Source: a virus (taxonomy: Duplodnaviria > Caudoviricetes). Taken from it: DNA of 64,000 nt. A program made the position numbers and the translations under genes. The notes beneath the pieces were generated by a model. That model was not told where the DNA came from. It saw nothing but the letters and a program-made list of their open reading frames with translations, and did not search any database. Shown here one piece after another: positions 1 through 9,375 of this stretch. Position 1 is the stretch's first letter. The number at the start of each line of letters is the position of its first letter. The DNA lies in the IMG/VR virus record IMGVR_UViG_3300020577_008610, positions 32,001 to 96,000 of that record. The stretch is one strand, 5' to 3'.

Positions 1-3000
1 CACTTGCCGACGTGTTCCTCATCCAGAGCATTAAAACCCTCGTCGATCACGAAAATATCACTCTTCGGAAGAGATGAAAGGTTGATCATGGCAACGCGGA
101 TGGCAATTCCGGCCAACATCTTCTCCATCCCAGAACCAAGTTCCAGGATTCTCCTGGAGTGCCCATCCTCGATGAAGATGTCCATTACGTTGGAGCCTGC
201 TTCGGTCTCGAATGTGAGCTTAAAGTCCACCAATCCTCCAAGAATTTTGGACAATTCAGCATTAATGGCAGGGAGTTGGGTCTTCAAGACAATGGCCGGA
301 ATACCATTCTTGTGAACGGCAGCCTGGACCGACTCCAAGATACGGAGACGAGCAAGGAGGATGTCGCACTCGGCCTTGTCCTTTTGAATCTGCTCCAAGA
401 CGGCCTTGGCCTTGCCGATTCTGACAAGTAGTTCACTCCGCTGTCTCTCCAGGAGGTTGGCAGCCATCTGACCCGACTGAAGCTCCTGCTTCTTGATTTT
501 GAGAGCTTCCACGTCCTGGGTTTCAGCCAACCCGGACAGCTCTTCTTCTCGGGCTTTGGCCTGCTGGAACCGAAGGGCCAAGTCCTTCTTGGTTTTTTCC
601 AAAAGGGCTTTCCGGGCATTCTTCTCCGTCTGTTCTTTGGTAAGTTCTTTGATGGACTGCTGCACGGCGAAGTGACGCTTTATCTTCTCTTCGTAACGTT
701 CAGCTTGAATTTCCTTCAATTCCACTGTGATCTTGGCAAGGTCAGCACCAAGGGAAGTCACCTTGGCTTTCTGAGCTTCGATGGTTCGCTTGTCTTCGTG
801 GGACTCTGCAATGTAGTGGCAGGTTGGGAACTGGTCACCGCAGGGCACCAAGGAGAGCTTCCGGATGCTCTTCTCTTGGACTAACAGAACCCGCTCCTCG
901 TCCTTGAAGGAGTTGTTGGCCTCCTGGAGAGCAGCTTGGATGGAACGCATCTTATCCAGGTTAGCCTGAAGAAGCAAAAGGTCCGTCTCTGATTCTTCCT
1001 TCTGGAGCTTCTGGATCTCCTCAGTCATCCCGGTCATGGCAGCATTGAGCTGATTCAGGTCCAGGTCGGTTCGATCTTGTTGGCGGTTCAGGGTGAAAAG
1101 CTCCTGCTGCACCTTGAGGAGTTGAACAGTTGCCTGAGCAGCATCCGAGGATTCGTTCTGGGCAATCCACAGGCGAAGCTCATCCAGGCTTGCTCTTGTG
1201 GCAGCAATCTGCTCATCCAGCTCCAGGATTTGCTCTTCTCCATAAGTGATTGCCTTGGCATTGTCCTTGATAGCCTGCTCCCAGCCCATGGTGTAACTGG
1301 AGGTTTTGGCATTCAGAGCCGCCACATCCTCCTTCGCCAAACCATAGAGCTTCTCGAAGATGTCGAGGTCCAGGAACCGATTGAGGATCGCCTTGCGAGC
1401 CGTTGCTCCTTCGTCAATGAAGGACTCCATCCTCCTTTGGGTGGCCACAGAGGTCATCAGGAAGTCCTGGGAGTTTCCCAAGAGCTTCCGAATGATCTTG
1501 TCGGTCTCATCCCGAGAAGTCCCATTCAGCTCTTCCTTTGTCCCGTCCGGGTTCACACGGGTGAAGGTGAGCTTGGTCTCCGTCTTCTCTGGGTCAAACT
1601 CCTCCTGGGCCCTCTTACCTCTCTTTGGAGCTTCGGCTCGGGCGGAAGATCTCTCGATGATGTAGTCCACTCCATTCACAGCCACCACAGCCTTGGCAGA
1701 ACAGTTGCTCTTGGTCAGGTTCATCACCTGACCATTCTTGGCAACACCGTCCCTGTCCGAACTGTTAAACAGAGCATACATCAAAGCACCAACAAGCGAA
1801 CTCTTGCCCGTTTTGTTTTTGCCAAATACTCCAACAACACCATTCATGGCGTCGAAGTCAATTTTGTTCCCTGGCCCATAACGGTACAGGTTGTCAAACT
1901 CAAGGCTCCTCAGACTCCAGTTGACATCACGGACCGACTCCGGCTCTACCAAAGCTAACTTATCCATGTAGGCATCAATCAGTTGAAGCCCCTCTGTCCA
2001 CTGCTCCTCGGTAAACCCGTACTTCTTTGAATTTAGGTCCAGGAATTGTTTGTAGAAGCCATGAATGACATTCCGGTCATTCCGGAGATTAGCCTTTTTG
2101 ACATGAACTCCATTGGATAGAATCGTATCAAAGTTCAGAGTTCCCTGAGCCTTGAAGATCACGTCCTCACCCTTCAGAGCAGTCTTGAGCTCGTGCTCAA
2201 TCTGTCGAGTCAGGAGGGGGTTTAGAGGCGTTTGAGAAGTCACCCGATACCTTGACCCCGGCAGGACAGTTCGAGAGCCCTGGAGAGCTTTTACGGTGTC
2301 CTCAACGGCACCCTCCCAGGGAATGGTTATGAAAGGCTGGAAGTTGGGGATCTCAACGAACTCCACGTCCCAATCATCCTTCTCTCGGATGTTCCACACC
2401 AGGAAGCCCTTGCTCTCGTCCTCTCCGTGGTGTTGTTGAATGGTAGAACCTGGATAGGCCACATAGGGCTTCATGATCCCGTTCTTGTCCGGTCTCTCAG
2501 CGAGGAACTGGCGTTTATGAATATCTCCAAGGAGCACAAAGTCATAACCCTGGAACATTGAAAGCTGAACTTCGGCCTTGCTGTCAGGCATGACCCAACC
2601 ATTGTCCATCGTTGTTCCACCCACGGAACCGTGGAATGCAGCAATCGAGATTGGTCCGCTCGGCTCTCCGAAAGCAACATCAACCCAACCGGCTTTGTCA
2701 AAACAGGAGAAAATATGAAGCACTACAGGCTTCATGTTGGCGGAAATTGCATAATTTCCGCTTTCTTTGTACAGCTGAACCTGTGGATGGTTCATTGCCT
2801 TGATTATTGGCGAGATAGCATCTTCCCGACTTTCGTTGGCTAGGCTTCCGTCGTGATTACCAAGAATGGCATGGGTTGGGGCAATATCCCCAAAAGACTT
2901 GAACATCCAGGCAAGACGATCGATTACCTCCGGGGAGATACCGGAGGTCTTGGTGTGGAAGTAGTCACCACCTAAGAAGATCAGGTCGGGACGAATCTCG

Positions 3001-3095
3001 CGGAGCTTGGCAAACACAACCTCAAAAGCTCGGGTGTACTCAGAGTGGCGAGAGAGACCACGCCAGTGAATGTCGGAAATGTGAGCAATTTTCAT
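1..3095 (-). CDS. SbcD(Mre11)-SbcC(Rad50) fusion nuclease/ATPase, 3' end beyond window
   Basis: Absent from the ORF track because it has no stop in the window. Manual translation from ATG 3095 gives MKIAHISDIH, GGDYFH, GNHD, FHG, LGDIH, YPGS (metallophosphoesterase), then in frame Walker A GKNKTGKS (~1800), coiled coil with CGDQFPTC, signature LGSGMEK and Walker B IFVIDEGFNALD. Confidence 0.93.
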   Translation of the reverse strand, partial: MKIAHISDIHWRGLSRHSEYTRAFEVVFAKLREIRPDLIFLGGDYFHTKTSGISPEVIDRLAWMFKSFGDIAPTHAILGNHDGSLANESREDAISPIIKAMNHPQVQLYKESGNYAISANMKPVVLHIFSCFDKAGWVDVAFGEPSGPISIAAFHGSVGGTTMDNGWVMPDSKAEVQLSMFQGYDFVLLGDIHKRQFLAERPDKNGIMKPYVAYPGSTIQQHHGEDESKGFLVWNIREKDDWDVEFVEIPNFQPFITIPWEGAVEDTVKALQGSRTVLPGSRYRVTSQTPLNPLLTRQIEHELKTALKGEDVIFKAQGTLNFDTILSNGVHVKKANLRNDRNVIHGFYKQFLDLNSKKYGFTEEQWTEGLQLIDAYMDKLALVEPESVRDVNWSLRSLEFDNLYRYGPGNKIDFDAMNGVVGVFGKNKTGKSSLVGALMYALFNSSDRDGVAKNGQVMNLTKSNCSAKAVVAVNGVDYIIERSSARAEAPKRGKRAQEEFDPEKTETKLTFTRVNPDGTKEELNGTSRDETDKIIRKLLGNSQDFLMTSVATQRRMESFIDEGATARKAILNRFLDLDIFEKLYGLAKEDVAALNAKTSSYTMGWEQAIKDNAKAITYGEEQILELDEQIAATRASLDELRLWIAQNESSDAAQATVQLLKVQQELFTLNRQQDRTDLDLNQLNAAMTGMTEEIQKLQKEESETDLLLLQANLDKMRSIQAALQEANNSFKDEERVLLVQEKSIRKLSLVPCGDQFPTCHYIAESHEDKRTIEAQKAKVTSLGADLAKITVELKEIQAERYEEKIKRHFAVQQSIKELTKEQTEKNARKALLEKTKKDLALRFQQAKAREEELSGLAETQDVEALKIKKQELQSGQMAANLLERQRSELLVRIGKAKAVLEQIQKDKAECDILLARLRILESVQAAVHKNGIPAIVLKTQLPAINAELSKILGGLVDFKLTFETEAGSNVMDIFIEDGHSRRILELGSGMEKMLAGIAIRVAMINLSSLPKSDIFVIDEGFNALDEEHVGK

Positions 3096-3703
3096 TACAA
3101 TTCAGCCTTGTCTTTTCCAGGAACAATAATCAGCTTGCCGGGCGCGTGAAGTGGGAGCCGGGAAGGGCTCCAGACAAACCAAGCGTAATCGATACTATCA
3201 CACCCTCCATTTGAAGTAAACCTAGGTCGCTGAGACAGAACGTACACATCAGGGGTATTCTCGTGCATGAACTTGGCACGACTCTTGGATGCCAAAAAAT
3301 TCAGGCGAAGCAGGAAGACCACGTAGTCGGCATGCAGCCCAAAGCTTTGCTGTATGCACTCCATGGCAAGATTGAATGGAGGATTGGTAATGATAACCTT
3401 GTGTTCAGGTAGATCGTCCATGGACATTTTCAGGAAGTCGGCAGAAGTCACCGAGGTGACGCCTTGTATTTTCTCCAGCTTTTCCTTCATTTCAGGTTGA
3501 ATCTCATTGGCCACCCAAGTCACGTCTTTTCGGACCTCTTGAACAGCTTTCATAATGGCTCCATCCCCGGCACAGGGTTCAAACCATTTACCTCCTGGCA
3601 GTTGAAGGACTTCGAGGAGTCGATGAACAGCCCAGGCAGGCGTCGGGTAGTAGTCCAGGGTTGCTCGGCGTGGGTTGTTTCCCTTGCGATTTGTGGATGA
3701 CAT
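3095..3703 (-). CDS. SAM-dependent DNA methyltransferase (N6-adenine type)
   Basis: FEPCAGDG (motif I) and ITNPPF (motif IV); probable start ATG 3703; TAATG overlap with the downstream gene. Confidence 0.8.
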   Translation of the reverse strand: MSSTNRKGNNPRRATLDYYPTPAWAVHRLLEVLQLPGGKWFEPCAGDGAIMKAVQEVRKDVTWVANEIQPEMKEKLEKIQGVTSVTSADFLKMSMDDLPEHKVIITNPPFNLAMECIQQSFGLHADYVVFLLRLNFLASKSRAKFMHENTPDVYVLSQRPRFTSNGGCDSIDYAWFVWSPSRLPLHAPGKLIIVPGKDKAEL

Positions 3704-3857
3704 CCATCCAGTATCGCTCAATAAATGGCACAAGGATACGAAGAGAAGTGATACCGGCGTTGTTCAAAGCCTTGACATTTCCTTTGATGTCGAACCTTTT
3801 CACTTGCTCCCGACCGAAGCAGGAGTGGGTCCCCATCCACCCCTTTTCTTGTGCCAT
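3588..3857 (-). CDS. hypothetical small protein (uncertain)
   Basis: ATG 5 nt after the primase stop, but overlaps the MTase by ~115 nt. Confidence 0.3.
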   Translation of the reverse strand: MAQEKGWMGTHSCFGREQVKRFDIKGNVKALNNAGITSLRILVPFIERYWMDVIHKSQGKQPTPSNPGLLPDACLGCSSTPRSPSTARR

Positions 3858-3861
3858 CTGC

Positions 3862-4881
3862 TCATAGCGACTCCAATTTGTGCCGCAGAATCTCTGCAGT
3901 GGTAATGAGCTTGGCTCCTTCTCGGGCAGCCATGAACTGCTGTTTGGTCATCTGTCCTACATCGTTCAATTCCTTTGGAATTTCCAGCTTGCGGACAGAT
4001 ATTCCATACTCCAAAAGAAGCTTTGCCAGATTAAAAGTTTTGGGACGGGCATCATTGTCGAGAGCAAGTAGGATTGGCGTACTATTCTCGATAATTCGCT
4101 GAAAAAGAAGGTAAGAAGGATCAAGAGTTGACCCAAGAAGACACGTGGCATTCTCGTTGCATTTCACGAGGTCAAACACTCCTTCTACCAAAGTAAGTTC
4201 CTGGGACCAATCTATCATAAGTTCGTTAAATATCACACTCTCTCTAGGAATGTGTGGGTTGGCGTATTTGTTGCCTTTGAACTTACTCCACCACGTTCGG
4301 GCGCTGTAATAGTTCAAATTGCCCTTCACATCAAAAGAGGGGACAATCACCCTGAAGCGGTAGTCCTGTTCTCCTTTTGGGGCTTTGTGCTCAGTTACCC
4401 CAAACTTCCAAAGCCAAAAATCCTCCTTGGTGAGTCCGCGGCCATAAAGGTATTCCACAGCACCTTTGACCACTTTATTCTTACTCTCCAGGCGGTTGGC
4501 CAGAAGAGTGAACCCTTCTGGAAGGTGGAGTGGTGGAAGTGGCTCGGGTTCGGAAGGACGGTCGAACAGGTGGCTCAAATCCAGGGCAATACACCGACGG
4601 TACTTCTCTTTGGCTTTGATCTTGAACTTTTCCCGGTATTCCTGGAGGAGATGGGGCTTGTATCGAGAGAGAAGGTTGACGAGATTGGTGGACCTATAAT
4701 TGCATACCCAGCAGTGAGTCAGGAAATCATCCGTTCGGATGACCAATTTCCGCTTTTGGAGGTTGTCTTCCTTGTCAGCACAAACCGGACAGACCACAGA
4801 GGCGTTGAGACCCTGGTTCGAGAACGTTGCCGTCCCGAAAGCCCGCTCAATGAATTCGATGATTTGGCCTTGTGTATGCAT
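3862..4881 (-). CDS. DnaG-type DNA primase (Zn finger + TOPRIM)
   Basis: CPVC...HCWVC zinc-binding region, YLYGRG, LVEGVFD and LALDND TOPRIM motifs; start reassigned to ATG 4881. Confidence 0.88.
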   Translation of the reverse strand: MHTQGQIIEFIERAFGTATFSNQGLNASVVCPVCADKEDNLQKRKLVIRTDDFLTHCWVCNYRSTNLVNLLSRYKPHLLQEYREKFKIKAKEKYRRCIALDLSHLFDRPSEPEPLPPLHLPEGFTLLANRLESKNKVVKGAVEYLYGRGLTKEDFWLWKFGVTEHKAPKGEQDYRFRVIVPSFDVKGNLNYYSARTWWSKFKGNKYANPHIPRESVIFNELMIDWSQELTLVEGVFDLVKCNENATCLLGSTLDPSYLLFQRIIENSTPILLALDNDARPKTFNLAKLLLEYGISVRKLEIPKELNDVGQMTKQQFMAAREGAKLITTAEILRHKLESL

Positions 4882-4886
4882 AGAAC

Positions 4887-5537
4887 CTAGGGGTGCAAAA
4901 TTTGTCCACCACGGCAAATTACCCAAGAGTCCAGTTCATCTTCAACGCCTTTTTCTGGAGCCACTGAGCCTTTCTTCTTCCCTACCTGGACGGTTCTTGT
5001 CTTGAAAGGCAGGTGTGGGTTGTTCAACAGGACAAACTCTCGCACCTTCTCTTTCACCGGTCTCTTGTCGCTCTTGTTGTTCTTGTAGCCGATCTTGGAC
5101 CTAGCACTCGTGACATTGATGTCCAGGACGGGTACGGAGTACCACTTGTGGGTCAGGTAGCTAACCAGAGCGTTCATCTTGGCCAAGGTGAACAGGGTGT
5201 CAGCGGAGGAAAACCCCATAGAGTAGCCCTTGGCATTAGCCTCCACGAAGATCCTGGAAACCTTCACATTCCTGGGAGGGTTCTGCTTGATCCAGTCGAT
5301 GACAGCATCCGCTTTGTCAAACAGGTTCGTCAACTTCGTGGAAGTCAACGGAACATGACCCATGAAATGCAAGGCCCCTGTCTTCTTGTCCAACATCACC
5401 ACACCCGTGATGGAGCTGGAGATGTCCAGGCCCAGGTCCACCTCCACCGGAGCTTGGGTCACTGGATGGTAATGGGAGGCTCCCAGAGCCTTTGCAACCG
5501 TCTCTGGATCCACCTTGGGCATGGTGGAAGGCTTCAC
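4887..5537 (-). CDS. RuvC-like Holliday junction resolvase
   Basis: LGLDISSSITG, IFVE, DELDSWVI acidic RNase H-fold residues; probable GTG start overlapping the upstream TGA. Confidence 0.78.
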   Translation of the reverse strand: MKPSTMPKVDPETVAKALGASHYHPVTQAPVEVDLGLDISSSITGVVMLDKKTGALHFMGHVPLTSTKLTNLFDKADAVIDWIKQNPPRNVKVSRIFVEANAKGYSMGFSSADTLFTLAKMNALVSYLTHKWYSVPVLDINVTSARSKIGYKNNKSDKRPVKEKVREFVLLNNPHLPFKTRTVQVGKKKGSVAPEKGVEDELDSWVICRGGQILHP

Positions 5538-6019
5538 TTTGAGACGGCCTTCTTGCGCCTCACAGGTGCCTTCCTTGGCCTCTTCTTTGGTTTGGGTGGA
5601 GATGGGTTCCGGGCTTCGTTGATCCTTTTGAGAGCTTGGATCATTGTATCCGACCAAAACTCGTATGTTGCTCCGTTTGCTTTTGCCCATATTTCTGCTG
5701 CCTTTGCTTTCTTCAACACTTTCGGATTGTTTAAGCGATCCTTCCGCTTCACTTCGACCAGTTTCTTTGTGCCGTCAACGTAGGTTACCAAGAAATCAGG
5801 GAAATATAAACGAATTTTGCCTGTCCGTGGGTTGGACAAGTACGGAATGGAAAGACACTCGTACCCGTATTCCTTCACAGATGGCTCAGAATCCAGGAAA
5901 ACGCACACTTCCTTCTCCCATCCCGACCTGTATTCAATGGGAGCAGCGCACTTGGAACTCCTGTGGATTCCGGTTTTGTAGCGTCTTTTTCGACGTCTTT
6001 TCTTCTTCGTGACTGCCAT
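5534..6019 (-). CDS. T4 gp4-like head completion / TnsA-like PD-(D/E)XK nuclease
   Basis: YRSGWE...YECLSIPY...YFPDF...LVEVK pattern; start reassigned to ATG 6019. Confidence 0.8.
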   Translation of the reverse strand: MAVTKKKRRRKRRYKTGIHRSSKCAAPIEYRSGWEKEVCVFLDSEPSVKEYGYECLSIPYLSNPRTGKIRLYFPDFLVTYVDGTKKLVEVKRKDRLNNPKVLKKAKAAEIWAKANGATYEFWSDTMIQALKRINEARNPSPPKPKKRPRKAPVRRKKAVSK

Positions 6020-6066
6020 AGCATCAGTATGCCACAAAAACAACCAGAAGGTCATTAGCGCAAAAG

Positions 6067-6114
6067 CGTGGAGGATAACCAAGAGGAGGGCAGGAGGAGG
6101 GAAGAAGAGAAAGG
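6067..6114 (+). repeat. Intergenic repeat copy 1 (CGTGGAGGATAACCAAGAGG + purine tract)
   Basis: 20 bp identical to the reverse complement of 60255-60274, followed by a G/A tract. Confidence 0.8.
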
Positions 6115-6236
6115 TTTGGGATAGAAAAGTCAGTCCTCTTGTCACTTATTTGGGGGGTACGTTAAGTAATCGACAAGGAAAATGGGAATGAGACGCTCGA
6201 ATACCCATAAACATGTCGCTGTGGACATGTACAACC

Positions 6237-8612
6237 TCAGAAATCCATCCGAACTTTGAAAAGGAACTTGTCTCCCGTACGGGAGACAATTGGCTGAGCA
6301 AGAGCTGTCCTGGTGATCACATTGAGGTTGTCGTCATGCAGGTTGATGCCTGTAATATAAACAAACCTCTGGTCCGTGTCATTTGCATCCGTTGAAGCTG
6401 AAACAGGCTCATAGTTCGGGTTACTGGAAGAAACGGTCGTCAGTGGCCTCTTAAAGAGGTTGTAGGTCAAAATGTGTGTATTCTGCTTGCCAGAGAACTG
6501 CAATTCAAACTGATCCACCCCGAAGAAGTAGAGGTGTGGATGCTTCAGGAGGATGATCCCTTCGTTGTAGAAGACATTCCCCACAGAAGCCCAATCTGGG
6601 TGAGAGCCCGAGGTGTTGGCACGGAAAATATTTCCTTCGCCATCATCTCGGAGAGTCATTTCCATCTTCCCGGAGGAACCCGTAAGATTCGTATCAGTAA
6701 GAACCACGGAACCTGGAAGGATTTGGAGACCATAGTACAGATTGGACACATCGAAGAAAACAACCTGATTAGACGAGTTATCTCCGGTCCTCTGAAGGAT
6801 GGTGTATCTTTCGTGTTCGCTGGGTGAATCGCCCAGGTTCTCTGGGCTGACTCCATTGAGTGCCCTTACAAGGGCTCCAGAAGCCTCTTGAACAGGCGTC
6901 TGAAAGAGTTCAATGGGAAGATAGTTCCGGAGCGTTACGAAGCCCGGATGGGTGCTTCCGTTGTCAGCAACGAACTGTGTTGCCTCCACCTTGTGAGGAG
7001 CTTGGAAACTTTGAGTTATGGATACAGGGAGTCCGGGAACGGCATAGTCATCCGGACCTGGGATCATGAAGGTGAAGTTTGGCAAGAAGTTGCCGTTGTC
7101 ATTCGGCAAAAGAGTTAAATGCCTCTTCAGGTTGCTACCTGAAGAGTACAGATACTCATTGAAGCTGGTAGGAACAGTAGCACTTCCTGTGATCGCCGAA
7201 GCGGTCAGATTGAATAGGCGAGCATATTTTCCGGTTGCGAAGTCCCTGGCAAAATTCTCCAGGTTAAGGTAGTGGCCATAGCCGCCAAAAGCAGCTTCAA
7301 CATTAATTGGAGTTACTGTGGTGCCATTGATTTCAAAGAAAGGAGTTGCCAGCACTCCTCCGTGGCCTCCAAAGAATGTCCTGAAAGGCGATTCTGTGCT
7401 GTAGAAGGGCGGAAGGTAGAATTTCAGCCGGTCATGCAAGAGGGCACTTCCGGAAACAGGCCCTCCTGTTTGCAGGAAGTCCACTTCGTCATTGCTCAGG
7501 TATCTGCCGTAAATCTTCAATTCATGGACTTCGGCATTCAGACCATGGTCTAGGAGATAGCCTGGAGGCCATTGACCAATGTCATCAACGAGTTGATCGA
7601 GTCCATCCCTTGGAGAAACTTCATTGGTGAAGAAGTAAGGAACGGCTTGCCCTTCGAAGAAGTTGCCAATGAAGAGGCAGTTCTCATTGTGGTAATCCGT
7701 CATACTGGCCGACGGGATCACAAAGGTTCCTACAGTGTTCCCATTCACCACAAAAGAACCGGAGCCCTGGTTGTAGCCTGTGGTTCCCCAACGGATGGAT
7801 ACGTGGTGCCACGTGTTTCTGCGTAGAGCATTGTCATCCGAGAAGAAGACAAGGTTGTAGGGGTAACTTCCAGAGTAAGCTTGCGATGGCTGTATTTCAG
7901 CTGAATGACTCAGTTGAAGACATAGCTTATAGCCATCCACTTTGCCATTTATGTCCCTGGAGGATCCAGACATTAAGGAAATGGCATATGAGCTGGACCT
8001 GTGGAACACTGTTCCTGCTTTGAAGTCGGCTCCCTTGTAGTCGTTGGTGTAACGAGGATTGATCCAAAAGTCAAAGGTAAAGGCACCAGTTACAGCGTAC
8101 TGGCGGTTTTTGTCAGCATAGATGAAGGCTGTGTCTTCCGGAAGACCTGAACTTGTGATGAAATTCAGACTGTGGTAGTTCGTGAAGGCAAAGTGAGCTT
8201 CAGGGTATGCTCCACGGTAGTATGGCATCAGGTTGTTCATCACAACCTTCTTTCGAAGGGTGTTCGAACTGAAGTGAGCTGAAGGCTCAAACCTGATCAC
8301 TCCCACGGTCTGCTGTTTACGCAAAGACATGGACTGGGAATTTACGTTCCGCAGGTAGTCCTGGAGCATTCCAGTTTTGTTGGTAGCCGAATTCTGGACA
8401 ATTGCGTTCCGGATGCCATCCAGGTCTTGGTCAATGAAAGACCCCGAGAAGATGGAGAGAGGATGCACTTCCTTCTCAAAAGGGCTTCTCCGGGCAAAGA
8501 CATGGAGAGTCCCACTTACGACACCTTGGGAGCTGGACGAAAAAGTCCTTGGCGGGGTTGTCGTAAGGGTAAACGTCTCTATGTCATCAGGGTTGATCCT
8601 CTGGATGGTCAC
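6237..8612 (-). CDS. Virion (baseplate/tail) protein with LamG-like domain
   Basis: FTFDFWINP, WHHVSIRW, ELKIYGRYLS LamG-like motifs; C-terminal YITGINLHDD...FKVRMDF module shared with 9376-10524. Confidence 0.75.
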   Translation of the reverse strand: MTIQRINPDDIETFTLTTTPPRTFSSSSQGVVSGTLHVFARRSPFEKEVHPLSIFSGSFIDQDLDGIRNAIVQNSATNKTGMLQDYLRNVNSQSMSLRKQQTVGVIRFEPSAHFSSNTLRKKVVMNNLMPYYRGAYPEAHFAFTNYHSLNFITSSGLPEDTAFIYADKNRQYAVTGAFTFDFWINPRYTNDYKGADFKAGTVFHRSSSYAISLMSGSSRDINGKVDGYKLCLQLSHSAEIQPSQAYSGSYPYNLVFFSDDNALRRNTWHHVSIRWGTTGYNQGSGSFVVNGNTVGTFVIPSASMTDYHNENCLFIGNFFEGQAVPYFFTNEVSPRDGLDQLVDDIGQWPPGYLLDHGLNAEVHELKIYGRYLSNDEVDFLQTGGPVSGSALLHDRLKFYLPPFYSTESPFRTFFGGHGGVLATPFFEINGTTVTPINVEAAFGGYGHYLNLENFARDFATGKYARLFNLTASAITGSATVPTSFNEYLYSSGSNLKRHLTLLPNDNGNFLPNFTFMIPGPDDYAVPGLPVSITQSFQAPHKVEATQFVADNGSTHPGFVTLRNYLPIELFQTPVQEASGALVRALNGVSPENLGDSPSEHERYTILQRTGDNSSNQVVFFDVSNLYYGLQILPGSVVLTDTNLTGSSGKMEMTLRDDGEGNIFRANTSGSHPDWASVGNVFYNEGIILLKHPHLYFFGVDQFELQFSGKQNTHILTYNLFKRPLTTVSSSNPNYEPVSASTDANDTDQRFVYITGINLHDDNLNVITRTALAQPIVSRTGDKFLFKVRMDF

Positions 8613-8634
8613 GCTTGAACTCCCTTACTCCTTC

Positions 8635-9333
8635 CTAAGTAGCAGGATTGGGCTTCTTGGGCCGCTTGTTGCGAAAAGTGTCAGTTCGCTCATGGCAATC
8701 AATGCAAAGTGTTCTGCCGTTGTTGATGTCCCAGAGTGCCTCACAGCCAACACTATCTTCCACAGACTTCACATTGCATTCTCGGATAATGTCTGCAGAC
8801 TTTTTGATGTGATCGGCATTGATAGCTTTCGAAGCATTTCCGCACCATACACACTTGAAACCATCTCTCTGAAAAACAGCTAGACGCCACTGAGCGTATT
8901 TTTCTGTTTGTCGGATTGCTAAATTCAACAAAGTTTTGCGTTTTCCTGCTGGTTTCCAGTTTGGATTGTTTGTTCCTTTGTGGTTTCGAGCGCCATTGGC
9001 GAACTGCTGTTTGTGGATTTGGGAAACCTTGGTTGCCATCACAGCAACCCTAGAATCCGACTCCTTGGTCAATCCCTTGATCCAAGTTGGTTGTCCTTTT
9101 GTTGGACCCTCTTTGCCATAGAAATGATGCCTCTCTCCCGATTTTGCACAAGACTTGGAGCAAAACCTGGAGGTTCTTCGGTGAGCAATGGAGGCCACAT
9201 ACGGCTTCTTGCAAGCTTCGCACAATCGTTCCAGTGGTTCTTTCCGGCAAGCAACCGAACAGTAGTTTTTTTCCTTGACAGCGGAAGGAACTCTTTCAAA
9301 TTCCTTCGAGCATCGAGCACATATCACCAACAT
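8635..9333 (-). mobile_element. Free-standing HNH homing endonuclease gene
   Basis: N-terminal Cys-rich repeats, VFQRDGFKCVWC...ADH...NGRTLCIDCH; start ATG 9333. Confidence 0.85.
8636..8642 (-). promoter_or_regulatory. Putative late promoter CTACTTA
   Basis: Recurrent [AC]TANTTA motif, 24 nt upstream of the 8612 start. Confidence 0.55.
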
Positions 9334-9348
9334 GACAACCTCACGTTG

Positions 9349-9355
9349 TAAGTAT
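9349..9355 (-). promoter_or_regulatory. Putative late promoter ATACTTA
   Basis: Motif 16 nt upstream of the HNH start. Confidence 0.55.
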
Positions 9356-9375
9356 GTACTGAATTGTTGCATATG

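Noticed and set aside
1077-1958. 293-aa plus-strand ORF (likewise 5013-5783, 50176-51021, 53550-54311, 55136-56149)
   Set aside because: Antisense shadows of well-supported minus-strand genes with biased codon usage; no motifs
1-3095. Eukaryotic giant virus (NCLDV) origin suggested by the Mre11-Rad50 fusion and GT cluster
   Set aside because: Baseplate gp6/gp25, sigma factor, DnaG and operonic coupling indicate a tailed bacteriophage
5534-6019. TnsA-like nuclease as a Tn7 transposon
   Set aside because: No tnsB/tnsC or transposon ends; context fits a gp4-like head completion nuclease
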